Of a stretch of DNA of 64,000 nt, positions 23,401 through 35,900 are shown in pieces. The stretch covers positions 245,582,001 to 245,646,000 of the forward strand of contig CM126205.1 of the NCBI GenBank assembly GCA_052327205.1. The letters run 5' to 3'. The notes under the pieces are model-generated. The model searched no databases. It was not told the DNA's origin and worked only from the letters and a program-made list of their open reading frames with translations. The position numbers and the translations under genes are program-made. Within the stretch, counting starts at the first letter, position 1; each line of letters opens with the position of its first letter. Origin of the DNA: Somniosus microcephalus. Lineage: Eukaryota.

Positions 23401-26400
23401 TGCGTATTGTCGGTGTAGAAAGTGTATTGTGAGTGTAACTCCAGAGTTAAGCTTCCAAATAGACCGCTGGATACTGGCTGTAGATCAGCATACATACACA
23501 CGCACACACACACAGTAGTGTCCCTGTTAAGCATTTTAGTACTTTTAGCAAAAATACGGACTACGTGATCTTGAAGAACATAAATTAGATAATTCGACCT
23601 TACAGATTGTCACTGGCATTGAGATTTGCAAATGCGTTTTCTGATTATTATATTTGTAATTTGTTTTTTCGGTTCAGTTTTAAATTTAATGTGTTTATAT
23701 TAAATTTTGTCTTGTCAAAAAGAAAACATCTAGGAAATCACATCAGCTTTTTATTGTATTCTAAAAAGCGAAGAATGTAGCTATCGCATAACTCCCGCTA
23801 TCCAGCTTTAGTTTATCGAAAAATATATCTGAAACAAATATTTATCTCGTTTGATTTTTTAACTGAGACGAAAAGAGTTTAATTAATAATATCTGCATAA
23901 GAATTATTGCAGTGAACCCAGACAATGTATTGAAAATTATATGAAAACACACTATGTTACCCAATTAATGACAATTACTGCGTGAAAATTGAGGTGAAAA
24001 TAAAACTGCTTTCTCAATAGAGCAAATAGCACTAGGGACTTCAACTTCTCCAACCTGATATAAATCGAGTATGGATACATTTCTGCTTGTAGACCTTGTC
24101 TAAAAATAGACAGTTAATATCGAAATATTTACGATGTGATAAAGAATAATTATGACTTGGTTACAAATGTTGGGATATCATTAAACGTTTATTTGGTTCT
24201 AGGAACACTTTGTGACCTTATTTTTTGCAGCCGGAGTTTCATTTCGACAAGGTACCTGTTGGTCTGTGCGATAGATACAGGCACATGTAGATCAACGGTT
24301 TTCAAATCAGTCTTCCTTTGCAAATATATACCAGATGCTAATAGCGAATTAATATCACTATAATTATACGCCATACGGATGATCAAACTAATGTATTGTC
24401 ATTTTATCTGCTTCCAGTAAATAATCTGGAGACTGAAGGACGAACCAGTTTATAGTCAAAGTCAAACATGACAATTAATTTCAAGTGGATGCAATTAGAA
24501 ACTCCCTTATTCAACTCTGATGTTAAGTGAGAAAATTCATGAACAATCCTCTCCGAGTACTTAATCCGCGCAAATACAAGCAACTGCCTTGGAAAAAATA
24601 TAACAATAATAGACATATTTATTGATAAATTTATCTCTTGCTAACTCGCATGTCCTTGTTCTGCGCATATTTCCGCAGCAAGCTGTTGTAATTAAATAGT
24701 TAATATTGAGAAATAAGTGACAGAGGAAATAAAGGAGCGCGATAAGATGGGGTTGGGGCTGTTTGTACCAAATTAAAGACATTCCCCAGGATGCAGACCT
24801 TATGGTTTTTATAAACTATACAATCCAAATTGGGTACAACTTGTTGCAGGAAATAAATCATCAGATGGACGAACTGATACTATTTGCAGCTATGACAAAA
24901 AGTGCAGTGTTAGAAACATCGACGGAATCCCCACTCATTACTAGCATATTGAAACCACAAGTCTGATATCGACTGCAGGATAATTACTGTAAGGGTACCT
25001 CGCATTTGTGCAAAGTGCTGTCACGTGGTGAAATATCATTAAGATGTTAGCCAAACATTTCCCTAAAAGTCTGATAGCTTCTTGGGTTTCTAAAGCTAAT
25101 GATTACTGCATGGAATTATTAGGATCATTAGCACAAAGTGTATCATTTGTCACTACAGCATTTCCTTAGACAGCGCAAAAGAGTTCAACTAATGTCCTCG
25201 TCTGCAATATACCAAATAACGTGGAAAACCACATATCTGCGAAAACAGAGTAAAACCGGCAATCACCGGGCATCATTCCCGCAAAATAACAACAACAGTA
25301 GCGCTACTAGTAATTAGTATTATTATAACCGTCCCACGAGTAAATTACGCAATCCGATTGCTCTCCACTGCGAATCATAGGCACAAATGTCAGCTGCCTT
25401 GTGGCGAAGCTTTCATATAAAAAATAGGCACGAATCGCAACTCCCCGTCTTATTGCGGAAAATAAATATTTACTTAATCTGCACCACAGCCACCATTTGA
25501 ATTCACTCGGTAGAATGTGCCGTTTTAAAATCAGTCTTGTTGTTTGTTAATTTATGTCGAACACTCCTCGACCTCCAAAACAGCTGCCTAGACCCCAACC
25601 AACGAATCCAGCGCCGTTCCCTCCTATGTACAACAGTGCTATCTGCAACAACAGAGCAGGGGAAAGCATAGCACTTACCGCTCTCAGGGCGCTTCCCCAG
25701 AATAGTAACCAGGTGGATGTTGTATTCCATTTGTAATTGATCGATTAATAAAATAACTTAAAAAGGTAAAGCGAATTGAAGGGTAAATGAAAGACTGTTA
25801 GCAGACGTCAGAGGTCTGTGAGAGTGATCAGATTGCTAAATCCCAGCATGAGTCGAATGACTTCCTCATAGTTGGACAGAAAAGGACTGAACACCGCGAA
25901 TACAGCGGAAAGTGTCCTTTTTTGCAAGCAGCTGGCGCCAAATACCAACGACAAAAGCAGGCAAGGGGAGATACTGACAGAAAAGACGGTTTGAGACGAG
26001 TTAGCAGCGGAATGCAGTGAAATATTCACAAGGGAAATCATGAAAAGGCCATGAACGCAGTTACTAGATTCACATGACCAAAGCCAACCAATAGGAGCGC
26101 CGTTTCCGTCGTAAAAGGTCCATTACAAAGTTGTAAATTTTCTTCAAACAAAAAGGAATTCGCAGCAATTCCTTGCGGATTTCGCAAGTACAGCTCGCAA
26201 GCGCCATGTTTCCTTTAACGAGTTCTTTGCTACTGCTATTTGCTGTAATGTGTATTGTAACGAACGCATTAACCAACTATACAGGCGGAAGTGCAGCAAC
26301 AACATAAACATGAAGGGAAATATTTCCACTGCAGTGGGCATTTCACAGTACACCAATCAAACCCCTCCAATTTATTTGAAAATCTATATTTTTTAGTTCA

Positions 26401-29400
26401 TGTTTTAAAAACGTCAAGTACGTTTAAAAACTAGTTTTACAAATAATTAAACGTGTAACGATCACAATATCTAATGTTGCCAATTATGAATCAGACAGCT
26501 TATTCGTTTTGTTTTGACGTGATGTTCTGAGGCCATCCGATATAGCCGAGTTAAGAGTCGAAAACAAACGAACCTGAAGTGTTTGGCTACTGAAGAAATA
26601 TCAAAACTTCCTTCAAATAACAATCAATAATAAAAGCAATGTGTCAACTTATTATAAATGTTCCGTGGTGCATTCTACACAGGTGAGAAAGTGGAAGTTA
26701 AGGATCAGCAAATCTAGCTATCTGTTTACACATTGTACCTCAAGTTCTAATCACAATGGAACATTGCATTATACTCCTCGTGTTTCCAGTGTAGGGGAGA
26801 AAATTACCCTATAAAGAAAAATAACAACACGTCAATAGTCAATTGGGTTAAATGGATAAAATAGCTTCGACGCTGGGTAAATATGTTCAGCATGAATGAA
26901 AGTGTAAATGGTTTGAATCAGTTCTTTGATAATTGTGCAGGACCATTCCCTTTACCGGCAGTGAGCGGGCTCGGCAAATAATGTTAAATTCACGGGAACC
27001 TCATTAATTAGGAAAAAAAGATGATGGCTGGTAGATATTTGATATTCGAACTTTCTACCTAACCCCATATTTCCCGCGGGTTTAACTCTGGAGAAAGGAT
27101 AACAGTTGACTGTCTCTGGTCTAATGCTTTGAAGTGATCTTACGGGGAAAATACAGAACCGCCTGCTAGAAATGTGTGTGTCTGAGCACCGAGTTCTCAA
27201 ACTTCATTTATGATAACGATAAACTGCTAGAAACGTTAGACCAAATATAAAATGCAAAATGAATAAAACGTTAAACCTTGTAAGTTATCCTTACTCTGGT
27301 TCCTTAAGATGTTTTTCTGGGGTGGGGGGTGGAGGGATTTCGGCAGAGGCTTGATTAGGAAAAAAAAAACAAATGAACGGGCTTGAAGAACCCAGAGAAA
27401 CCTTTTACAAGGATTCATAAGGAGCATTTTTTAATGCATATCGCAGCATTTCTGGCAATTTTTGTTCTACATTGTCTGCTAAAATCTATGCAAGTATGAT
27501 GCGTAATGCCCACGTCAAAGGACTGATTCCACCCAAAAGCCTCTTCCTTGTGTGCACCATTCCTTCAGTGAAAGCACGGAGGGACTTGCAATTCCTATCA
27601 TCTAATAAGACCGTCGATAAGGCCCAGCTCTGCCGTAATTGTACAACACCTTGGTGACCGCGATTGCGGCAAAGACCAATTTGTAAATGGAAGCGGATGC
27701 AAAAATAACTTTATTTATTTCATTCTTTGGTTTAGAACTTTTTGTAACAGATTTGATTAATTTTTAAAATAAGTGTTCTTTCCAAAAAGGAGCACAGATC
27801 ACATATCACATTGAAAAAACCCACCTGGTTAAAAAGCAACAGAGGCTTGTGAAAAACTGTTAAAAGTTTGTGAAACGACCACTCCCCGGCACGAGAATGC
27901 AATTTCAAAAATAAAACCCTGATATTACTTTACTTATAGTTGATTTATTCTCTGAAATTATTTATCTACGTTATAGTCGGGCACCCTTGTGATATACAAT
28001 ACATTTCACAAAATGTATTTGTTTTAAAATAATGTATGATGCCATCGAGATTAGGATACATAAAATAGACACTTTAAAGTCTGACAAAACTGGAGTTTTC
28101 AAACTTCGCTGTTGTCCGTCTGAATTAGTCCATTGGCACTTCATATGGCAAGCTATACCTGATGGAATGAGGACATTGTCAGAATATGACGCCTAGTTAT
28201 ATAATATACTATTATATCGATTACAAGTCTGAAATTGTTTCGTAAATCAGAGATCTTAATATCATCGCTGTGTTATCAGAGTGGATTCTGGAGTCCGCTG
28301 GTAAAATGTATACTGTTATCTTTAGTTCTTCAAATAATCGCGCGCGTTTTTGATTGTTTGCACAACATTTGAAGTACAATGTTTGCTTTTTTTTCTTCTA
28401 ATTGTTTCCTGTTTGTTCTTATCAATATTTTTTCCTTATTTAGGCTTATCATCGTGCGCAAAGGAAAGGTGGAGATAGAAAATTGCCAGTTCCGATGGTT
28501 AGGGTTTATATGCCCACTGATCCTGTTAAAGTTTAGATGTGGCTTGATCGCTGCTTAAGTAAAGTTTAATGGAAAGGCAGACGGTCACTTCGACCACTGA
28601 AGATGTTGCTTCCGCCCTCAGCCTTTAAACCAGAAAAGAATAAATTGGAACCCAGAAGTCCACAGTTTGCCGAGTGATTTGTAGTACTAGAACTTTTATT
28701 GTCGGTTTTACGAGATTTGTTGATATACGTGTACAGTAGACCGCAGTTCAACACCAACCACTAGCTTTTACAGCATCGTTTTAGCCACACATGAGCCAGG
28801 CATGTGATCTGACTAGCCAATGGTCACTCGAAAGACATTTAACTTGGGGCATAGATAAACTAATATTCTAATCATCAGCCATATCATTAACTTTTATAAC
28901 TACATATAAAGAAATACGCCATCTTCGGGCTTTTGCATCGAACGAACAGAGTGCGGTGCTGTGTGGCAGACGTACACCTTCTGGCCACAGGGATAGACAA
29001 ACAAAATTAAAATACATCTGATTTAACCTTACAGAAAATACTCGAAACAGCCACAGATCGCTGGCAAAATAGTGATTAGCGATCTCAGCCGATTATTTCA
29101 ATAAGAGCACAGTGATTTCCTATCAAATGAATTACTTTTATTTTCTTTGGGATACTGGTCGTAAAATGAAACAAGTACACAGTTAAATTGAATCAACATT
29201 TATTAATTTAATCACATTCGACCATCATAAAAAGTGACTATTGCTGCGGAATACCTTGTAATTTTTTTTGCTTGTGTTTATAATATGCGTATCGGAGAAT
29301 AGTTAATGGTTGAGAATTTCCAGCCGCAATACACCACCAATTAGTTTACACGCACAGTAATTAAGACACATCGCAAGTGCACCTTTTTTTCTATCATTAA

Positions 29401-29440
29401 TTAAGTGTGTTCGCATTACATTCCAAATAATCCGTTCTAT

Positions 29441-29461
29441 TAGGCAGTTCATGTTGTTGGG
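29441..29461 (-). other. Extended miR-196 complementary site in HoxD8 3' UTR
   Basis: Plus strand TAGGCAGTTCATGTTGTTGGG versus miR-196a TAGGTAGTTTCATGTTGTTGGG: one G:U wobble and one bulged miRNA base. Lies ~390 nt downstream of the stop. Confidence 0.88.
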
Positions 29462-29853
29462 TATAATCACAAAATGCTAAATAAAATCAACAAACTAAAT
29501 CAATCACGATATCATTTCATATTTTCGTCCTATTAAAAAGCAATAAAATCTTTATTCAAAATGGCTATTTCTTCTGCGATTTTGCCGCTTTCCACTTTTA
29601 AAGGGAGTTGCAAAATTCTATAGGACGGTTGATACTCTATCTGTCGGAGTGTGATTGAAAAGGTTAAAATGATGCACACAGACCTCATTAGAAAGAATGT
29701 CGAATTAAGGCTCTAAAGAACTTCAAAAACAGGTGGACTGTTTACACAAAACTAGCCATCAATGTGCTGGAGGATTCATCCTGATCAACACGTTTAACAG
29801 TGGGATTGGCACAAACTGAATAAGGTTTTGCTTTGAGGCCAAAGGGGGTAAAG

Positions 29854-30149
29854 TTACTTGGTCTCTTTTTCTGTTGTCTCCTGCTCAGGCTCTTCCTGTT
29901 CTTTCTTGACCTCTTCCTCCTCCTCGTCGTTCCGAGAGGTTGGGAATTTGTCTTTGTTGTTTTCTTTTTTCCATTTCATTCTCCTATTTTGAAACCAAAT
30001 CTTCACCTGTCTCTCAGTCAGTCCCAGAGCATGTGAAACCTCGATCCTTCGCTTTCGAGTCAGATACGGGTTGAACAGGAATTCCTTTTCGAGCTCCAGC
30101 GTTTGGAAACGGCTGTAAGTTTGTCTCCCTCTGCGTCTGCCGGGCGCTG
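29854..30149 (-). CDS. HoxD8: Homeobox protein Hox-D8, coding exon 2 (homeodomain)
   Basis: Acceptor TCTTTAG|CAG. Reads [70 protein letters not shown] plus an acidic tail. SRFQ is D8-typical. Spliced protein 240 aa. Confidence 0.97.
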
Positions 30150-30360
30150 CTAAAGAACACCAGAAAGACAAGAAACAATCAACAGCGGATACAATGCACA
30201 CAATCAAAGATCGACAGACTAGCAACAAGGGCTTTGCTCGGCACTGCTACACAAAGAAAGTGTTCCTATTAAAGCCGACTATTACAGATAGCGTTAAACA
30301 CCTTGGCGGTGTAACTGAACAGTAAAACGTGAGATGGAAACTAATTTTAATATATCCAAC

Positions 30361-30787
30361 CTTGAGGTCTCATCCAGGGAAACATTTGAGTAGGAGACGA
30401 GTTCTGATTTAAGTGCTCTGGTTCCTCGCCAATATTACTGCTAGACGATTTACAGTCAGGATATTGTACCAGATCGGCCTCTTGCTGTGTCGTAAAAATT
30501 TGCTGTCTTTGTAAGTTATCGTATCCGTAAAATTTAGAGGGGTCACCATGACACGTAATTCCACAAGGATTCTGTTGAAAGCCAGTATTAGGAAGTGCTG
30601 ATGTCCCATGATGGTAAAATTCTTGAACTTGAGCTGGGTGCTGGAAGCTGGCGCCGCTGCTGGGACCATAGACCACAGCGTGTCTACTGGTCACGTCTTG
30701 GGGAAACCGGCAGTCGTAGTAAGTGGGACTGAGGGCTTCTCCTGGCTTGTACTTGGAGTAGAATGGATTTACAAAATATGAACTCAT
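30361..30787 (-). CDS. HoxD8: Homeobox protein Hox-D8, coding exon 1
   Basis: ATG at 30787, [14 protein letters not shown]...[10 protein letters not shown]...QMFPWMRPQ, donor CAAG|GTTGG. Confidence 0.97.
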
Positions 30788-31430
30788 CTGTGCAGACTCT
30801 AGAATGGCCAATGAATATCAACAAAATAAATGCTAAACAATACTGGAGTGATGTTATTGGGTTCCCCGGTCTACACAGTGCTCATGATGGCAATGCAGGT
30901 CCAGTGTGCACTGATGCCCCGTGGAACATACTCGCTAATACTGTAGGTACACAACTGCCTCACTGCTTTGGCTGCTTCACTTTGAAACCGCAGCTCAGTT
31001 CGAAGCCAGCTGAGGAGAGCTTTGACTGCCGTTTACAGTTACCGCTTTCGCGGGCAACACGCCTGCACTGGGAAATGATATATTTTTTTAAAAGTAGAGG
31101 GCATACAGATCGGAAAAAAAAGATAACATGCGGATTAATATATTCAGCACACTCTCATTACAATTAGGCGGGCCGCATCACAGAAAACATGAAATACGTG
31201 CGCCACTCAGTCGAAGAGAGATGAAGCTGGCCCGGTTACAGCACAGCAATTAGATTTTAGAGCACAACAAGGTGAGACTGGTCTCAAGGTCAAGACATAG
31301 TCAAAAATGGGGGGAAAGGCCAGAGGGCTAAAAGGCTAAAGTTAGAATTAAGAGCAGGGATTATTTTGTACTGGCTGTTTCTGTAAATCTTGTAGAATCT
31401 GCGTGCGTCTGTCACTCTGCCTATCCAGCT

Positions 31431-31505
31431 TATATATATATATATATATAAATATATAATTATATATTTTATATATATTTATATATTTATTTATATTTAC
31501 ATACA
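31431..31505. repeat. (TA)n microsatellite / AT-only tract
   Basis: tatatatatatatatatata followed by degenerate TA repeats. Confidence 0.9.
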
Positions 31506-32837
31506 TAACTATATTTGGCGCATGGATACTTCTGTCGTTTACATATAAACGGTTGTCAATCAGCAATAGTTATTGCTGTTACTGGGTATAAGTAGGAAAC
31601 AGTTGAACAGAAATAGATCCCTGTTTACAAAAAGAAGTATCAAACGGTCTTAATATGCTGCATGAAACATCCCTTCTACAAAGAACGGGAAGAAACGGTT
31701 ACCCTTGCCTCAGATAAAAAATAGGCTCGCTTGACTGAAACTTGGAGGTTAATAGCTACCTAATGAAAATCATGCCTGTGAATACAATTTCCATCATTTC
31801 ACCCCTGGCAGACGTCATTGCCCAGAAAAGCAGCTCGGATCTGCAGGCAAACTCAAAGTTTGTAGTTTCAGGTTGAAATTTCAATAAGAACTCCAGCATC
31901 GGGAGAAACAGCAAGCCTGAGCTGATAGGCGTGCGGTTTCCGAGCTGGTTAGCTTTAGTTCCTGATAGCTGAATCGCTCATGAATAAACTGAATCCCATG
32001 TTTTTCCTTCAAGCGACTGCGTTTAAAGTTTAATCGAAAAGAGTGCTTGATCTGGTTAAACTTGTATTCACCAGTGAACTTTGTTCCTCACGCTCCGGTG
32101 GTTGTCTCAATTCCACAGAAAGCTTCAGGGAAATAGAATCAGCAATGTCTTCACTGACTGCTAACCAGAAGAATTCTGCCTACACTTCAATGTATGCAGC
32201 GTATGTTCATTCAAAATGGACCAAAATGAGTTTTGAGTCCATTATGCGCTAGACTTTGCTGCAACCATATTATTTTTCAGTAATTTCTCATTTATTTGCG
32301 TAAAACAAAAGTCAGCTGAAAATTCGCAATTTAAAACGCGTTATCATTGTGTAATTATAATATAATGTTCACGAATGTGTACATTGAGATGGAAAAGCTG
32401 CCATTTTCCCAGTTTTAGCTGCATTCTAGAGCAGAAACACTGATCACAGCCTCGGTTAAAACCTCCGGCAAACTACTTTTCAGTATGATGAACATTTCCA
32501 TTAATTTGTAATGCTGCATATTAATTTTGTCATTTACTTTTCGGCAAAATATCTATTTTGCAGAAATGTTTGCTTCATTTAACAAGTTTATACGAAAATA
32601 TAAATGGCACGAAGAGGATCGCCCCGTGCCCTTTCTGTACAAGCCATTCAAGTCATTTTATTATTTTAAAAATCTGACCCGTAAGGCGAGAGAGTTTATA
32701 TATACAGCTCGTTGTTAATTTAAATGTATATCTTAGCTCTGTTTTACTTTTCTATTTGTTTTGCTATCTGAAATGATTACAGAGCCGCTTCTAATCCAAG
32801 GGAGATAAACCAGCAATCCGAAAAGCACAAATTAACA

Positions 32838-32945
32838 CTGAAACGTTAACTCTGTATCTCTCTCTACGGATGCTGTCTGGCCTACTGAGTTTTTCCAGCG
32901 TTTTATGTTGTTATTTCGGATTTCCAACATCCGCAGTATTTTGCT
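32838..32945 (+). mobile_element. Degenerate interspersed-repeat relic (elasmobranch Penelope-like terminus)
   Basis: CTGAAACGTTAACTCTGT...GATGCTG...CTGAGT...TTCCAGC...CATCCGCAGTATTTTGC. Aligns with a second copy at 53626-53705 and resembles a shark/ray repeat end recalled from memory. Family assignment is unverified. Confidence 0.65.
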
Positions 32946-35900
32946 ATCGTATTAACACTGATCGGGTTTATTGAATAAACCCCAGTGATCAGCGACAAAC
33001 AAACACATATGGTATTTATCTGTAATTGTGGAATGTTGTCGGGTAGGTGCATAATATAAAACAATGGAGTATGTGCATGTATATATAGTTTAAACCGGCT
33101 GCAAGCGTTCCTGCCGAAATCCTGAGAAAGGGTTTTCTTTGTTGATAAGACATCTCGAATCACATCGTGTAGATAATAATTTAAATTTTAACTCTAAACT
33201 TCATTATTTTTTTCGCTCTAATAAAATTCTATATTGTAGTCGATTTATTCCGGGACATGTCAACGCAGCGAATCTATGAGCAGTTAAACCAATGTGCACA
33301 GTGGCATTGATTTTGTTTTACTTTTAAATCTGTAACTGCATTCGAACGTTTGAAAATGTTTCAGAAATCGTTGAATATTATTACAACATATTTTGGAAGA
33401 AGTATTTTAAAGGGAAGATTGTAAAATTGGACGCCAAGTGGATTTTTAAACAAATGGTAGACCGGGCTCTATATTTTTGATTCTTGTTTTGAAGACTGAA
33501 ACGCACGTTAACATAAAGAAATGTTTACTCCAGTTAAAGTTGAGAATGATGCATTTTACTAAGATTAGCTCGGAATGCTCACCGTTTGTTGGGATAATGT
33601 TGCATTCGTCTTGTTGTTATAATGTTGCACTAGTTTACACATTTTCAGTTTTCGTTTCTGAATAGCCTCATTTATTAAAATTGAGGAATTTAAAAAATGA
33701 CATCCTTATTCTCGAATCCCACTCTGCATTGTCTGACATGTACCACGCCGACTGTAACCGGAGTGCACGACTTCATTCATTGTGGAAAGATCATATTTTA
33801 GAGTTTCGATGAATGAACATCATTAGAACAAAGGCGAATACAGGCACAAATATGGAGATTTTTTGTGGAAATTGGAATTACAACTGTCTACAATAGTTGT
33901 AAATTGTTATGTAAAATCCGTCAATTTGTTCTTACAATTTTTTAAATATCAAAAGTCCGTACAATGTAACTATTTAATAATACATTTCCACAGAGTTATA
34001 TGGAAGTTTTTACGTTCACTCGTGTTTGATTTTGAACGTTTGGGGTGAGTCTACAATTGTAATATTAAACCTGTATTTTGAAATTCCTCCGAAGAATCAG
34101 ACTTCAACTATTACTGTTTTTCATGCTTTCTAAATTAAAAAGCGCTACGAAAAGTTACTACTTTCCTTTTAAGCGTTTTACTATGTTTCTGTTGCCACTT
34201 GCAGGTTTCCAATTGGGTATAGTGGAGCGACAGCACCCCCCAGTGGATAATGATATGAACTACGACTGAACCGGAACTAGGGCTACTTTGGTTCACTTTT
34301 GTGCAATCATTTAAGAACCAGTTTGCATGCTTGAGAAGAAACGAAACATAAAAGAAGCTCCATTAGATCTCAATAAATGATAGAAATGGTTTTATGTAAA
34401 AATGATTCAGAATTGTCACGACAACTTGTCTCATATACTCTATGCACTAAGAGGGCATTCAGCACTCTCCAACGAAACTACAGAGGTTCAAAAAGTTAGA
34501 TAATAATTTGAAACTTTATACATTTGGTATTGGGCAGAAAGCAGTCGACTAATTATACTCCTGACATGGCACTCCAAAACATATGTAAGTCAAATCGGCT
34601 GGTTGCCTATATATGCTCATTTCTACGGTGATCTAATAATCCGAATAAGGGAGGGGGGATGTGTAACTGCACGTGTATAGAGAGACAAAGAAAGAAACAC
34701 AGATGCACAGAGGGAACCCTATTAGCGACTACTAAATATCTGGAAAGATCTAACTATGTCTTTCTATAGGCTGAGAAGTATTGCTGGATGTGCTCCATTT
34801 GCTGTTGTTAGAATCTTTTTTGCATTTATGAATACGTTTGTACTGCGTATGTGTGCGAGATAAGAAGTATTTATATGGAGATGCAAAATGAAATAAATTC
34901 ATAAAACACAAATGCAAAATAAAGCAATTTCTCTAGCTGTGTTCAATTTAGTTTCGACTCGTTGTTTAAACAATCTGTTACACATATTCGCGTGTAAATC
35001 ATTTGCATCGTGCATAACAAAATATATTGCACTTAAGTATTATAGTTTTGAACGTCTCTGTTGTTTTCTGCCGCATGTCTTTTCAGTTAATTTAGTAAGC
35101 CTACAGATTCCCGCGTTATTACTTTTTGACTGGACATGCTGACTAATATTTTGCGTAAATCTTCATTATAGCGAAATATACTTCATTGTCCTTCGTACAT
35201 ATATGTTTGGGAATAGATAACAGTTTGTCCAGACTCAAGTGACAAGGCGGAATTAATTGTCTTCGCCCCTTTAACTAGTGTCTGCATTTTTGTTTGTCAC
35301 CAACAGACAAAAACATCTGAATTGGTTGATTTCAAAGAAGTCCGTAATTACATGAAGAAAACCATAAAGCCATTAAGGTCAGACGTCTAGCCAGTTGTGG
35401 GGGTTTATTGTACCCCGTTCCTTCCTGTTCGAAAATACTGTATGTAGAATTGTGGCAATAGACGGCGTTGCAATTCAACATCTTCTGAGTACCAAAAGTT
35501 TTCAGAGAACTTCGCCAAAAAGAATGAAGTTCTAGTTTTACGACTGCACGCAATTGTTTCCAGTCCGAACTGATAATGAGAGTGACGTGAAATAAAACGA
35601 AGCTGTCTGTGCTCTGTGGCTATTTGTGTGTACAGTTATAGTTAATCCGCACCCAATGCTTTACCAACAATGTATATATACTTTGTTGCTGTTTATTTTT
35701 AGACCTTTAACTAATGTACCAAGTGTATTTGTAACTATGAATCATTCCAATCTGCTACTCGTCGCGTACGGGTGAATAATATGAATAACACATTGCTCTA
35801 ACAATAAGGGAGAAACTATAAAACACCTTGCAACAGTCTATAGAGGGCTGCTTAAGAGATGGGCACAACTTCCTTCAAGCAGATACCAACTCATATACTA

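Noticed and set aside
27318-27337. G-quadruplex-like G runs (also 9808-9821 and 5758-5770)
   Set aside because: Short, without four clean G3 tracts, and unsupported by other evidence.
20600-29100. HoxD6/HoxD7 pseudogene remnants
   Set aside because: No WFQNRR-, YPWM- or MSSYF-like coding trace was recognisable by eye or in the ORF track. A sensitive TBLASTN/HMM search would be needed to exclude very decayed relics.
29441-29461. Plus-strand miR-196-like gene
   Set aside because: There is no complementary arm nearby to form a precursor. It is the antisense view of the target site in the HoxD8 UTR.
32820-32860. Active hammerhead ribozyme
   Set aside because: The CUGANGA box and stem II are absent. 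Other CTGANGA hits that I checked lack a stem II-GAAA context.
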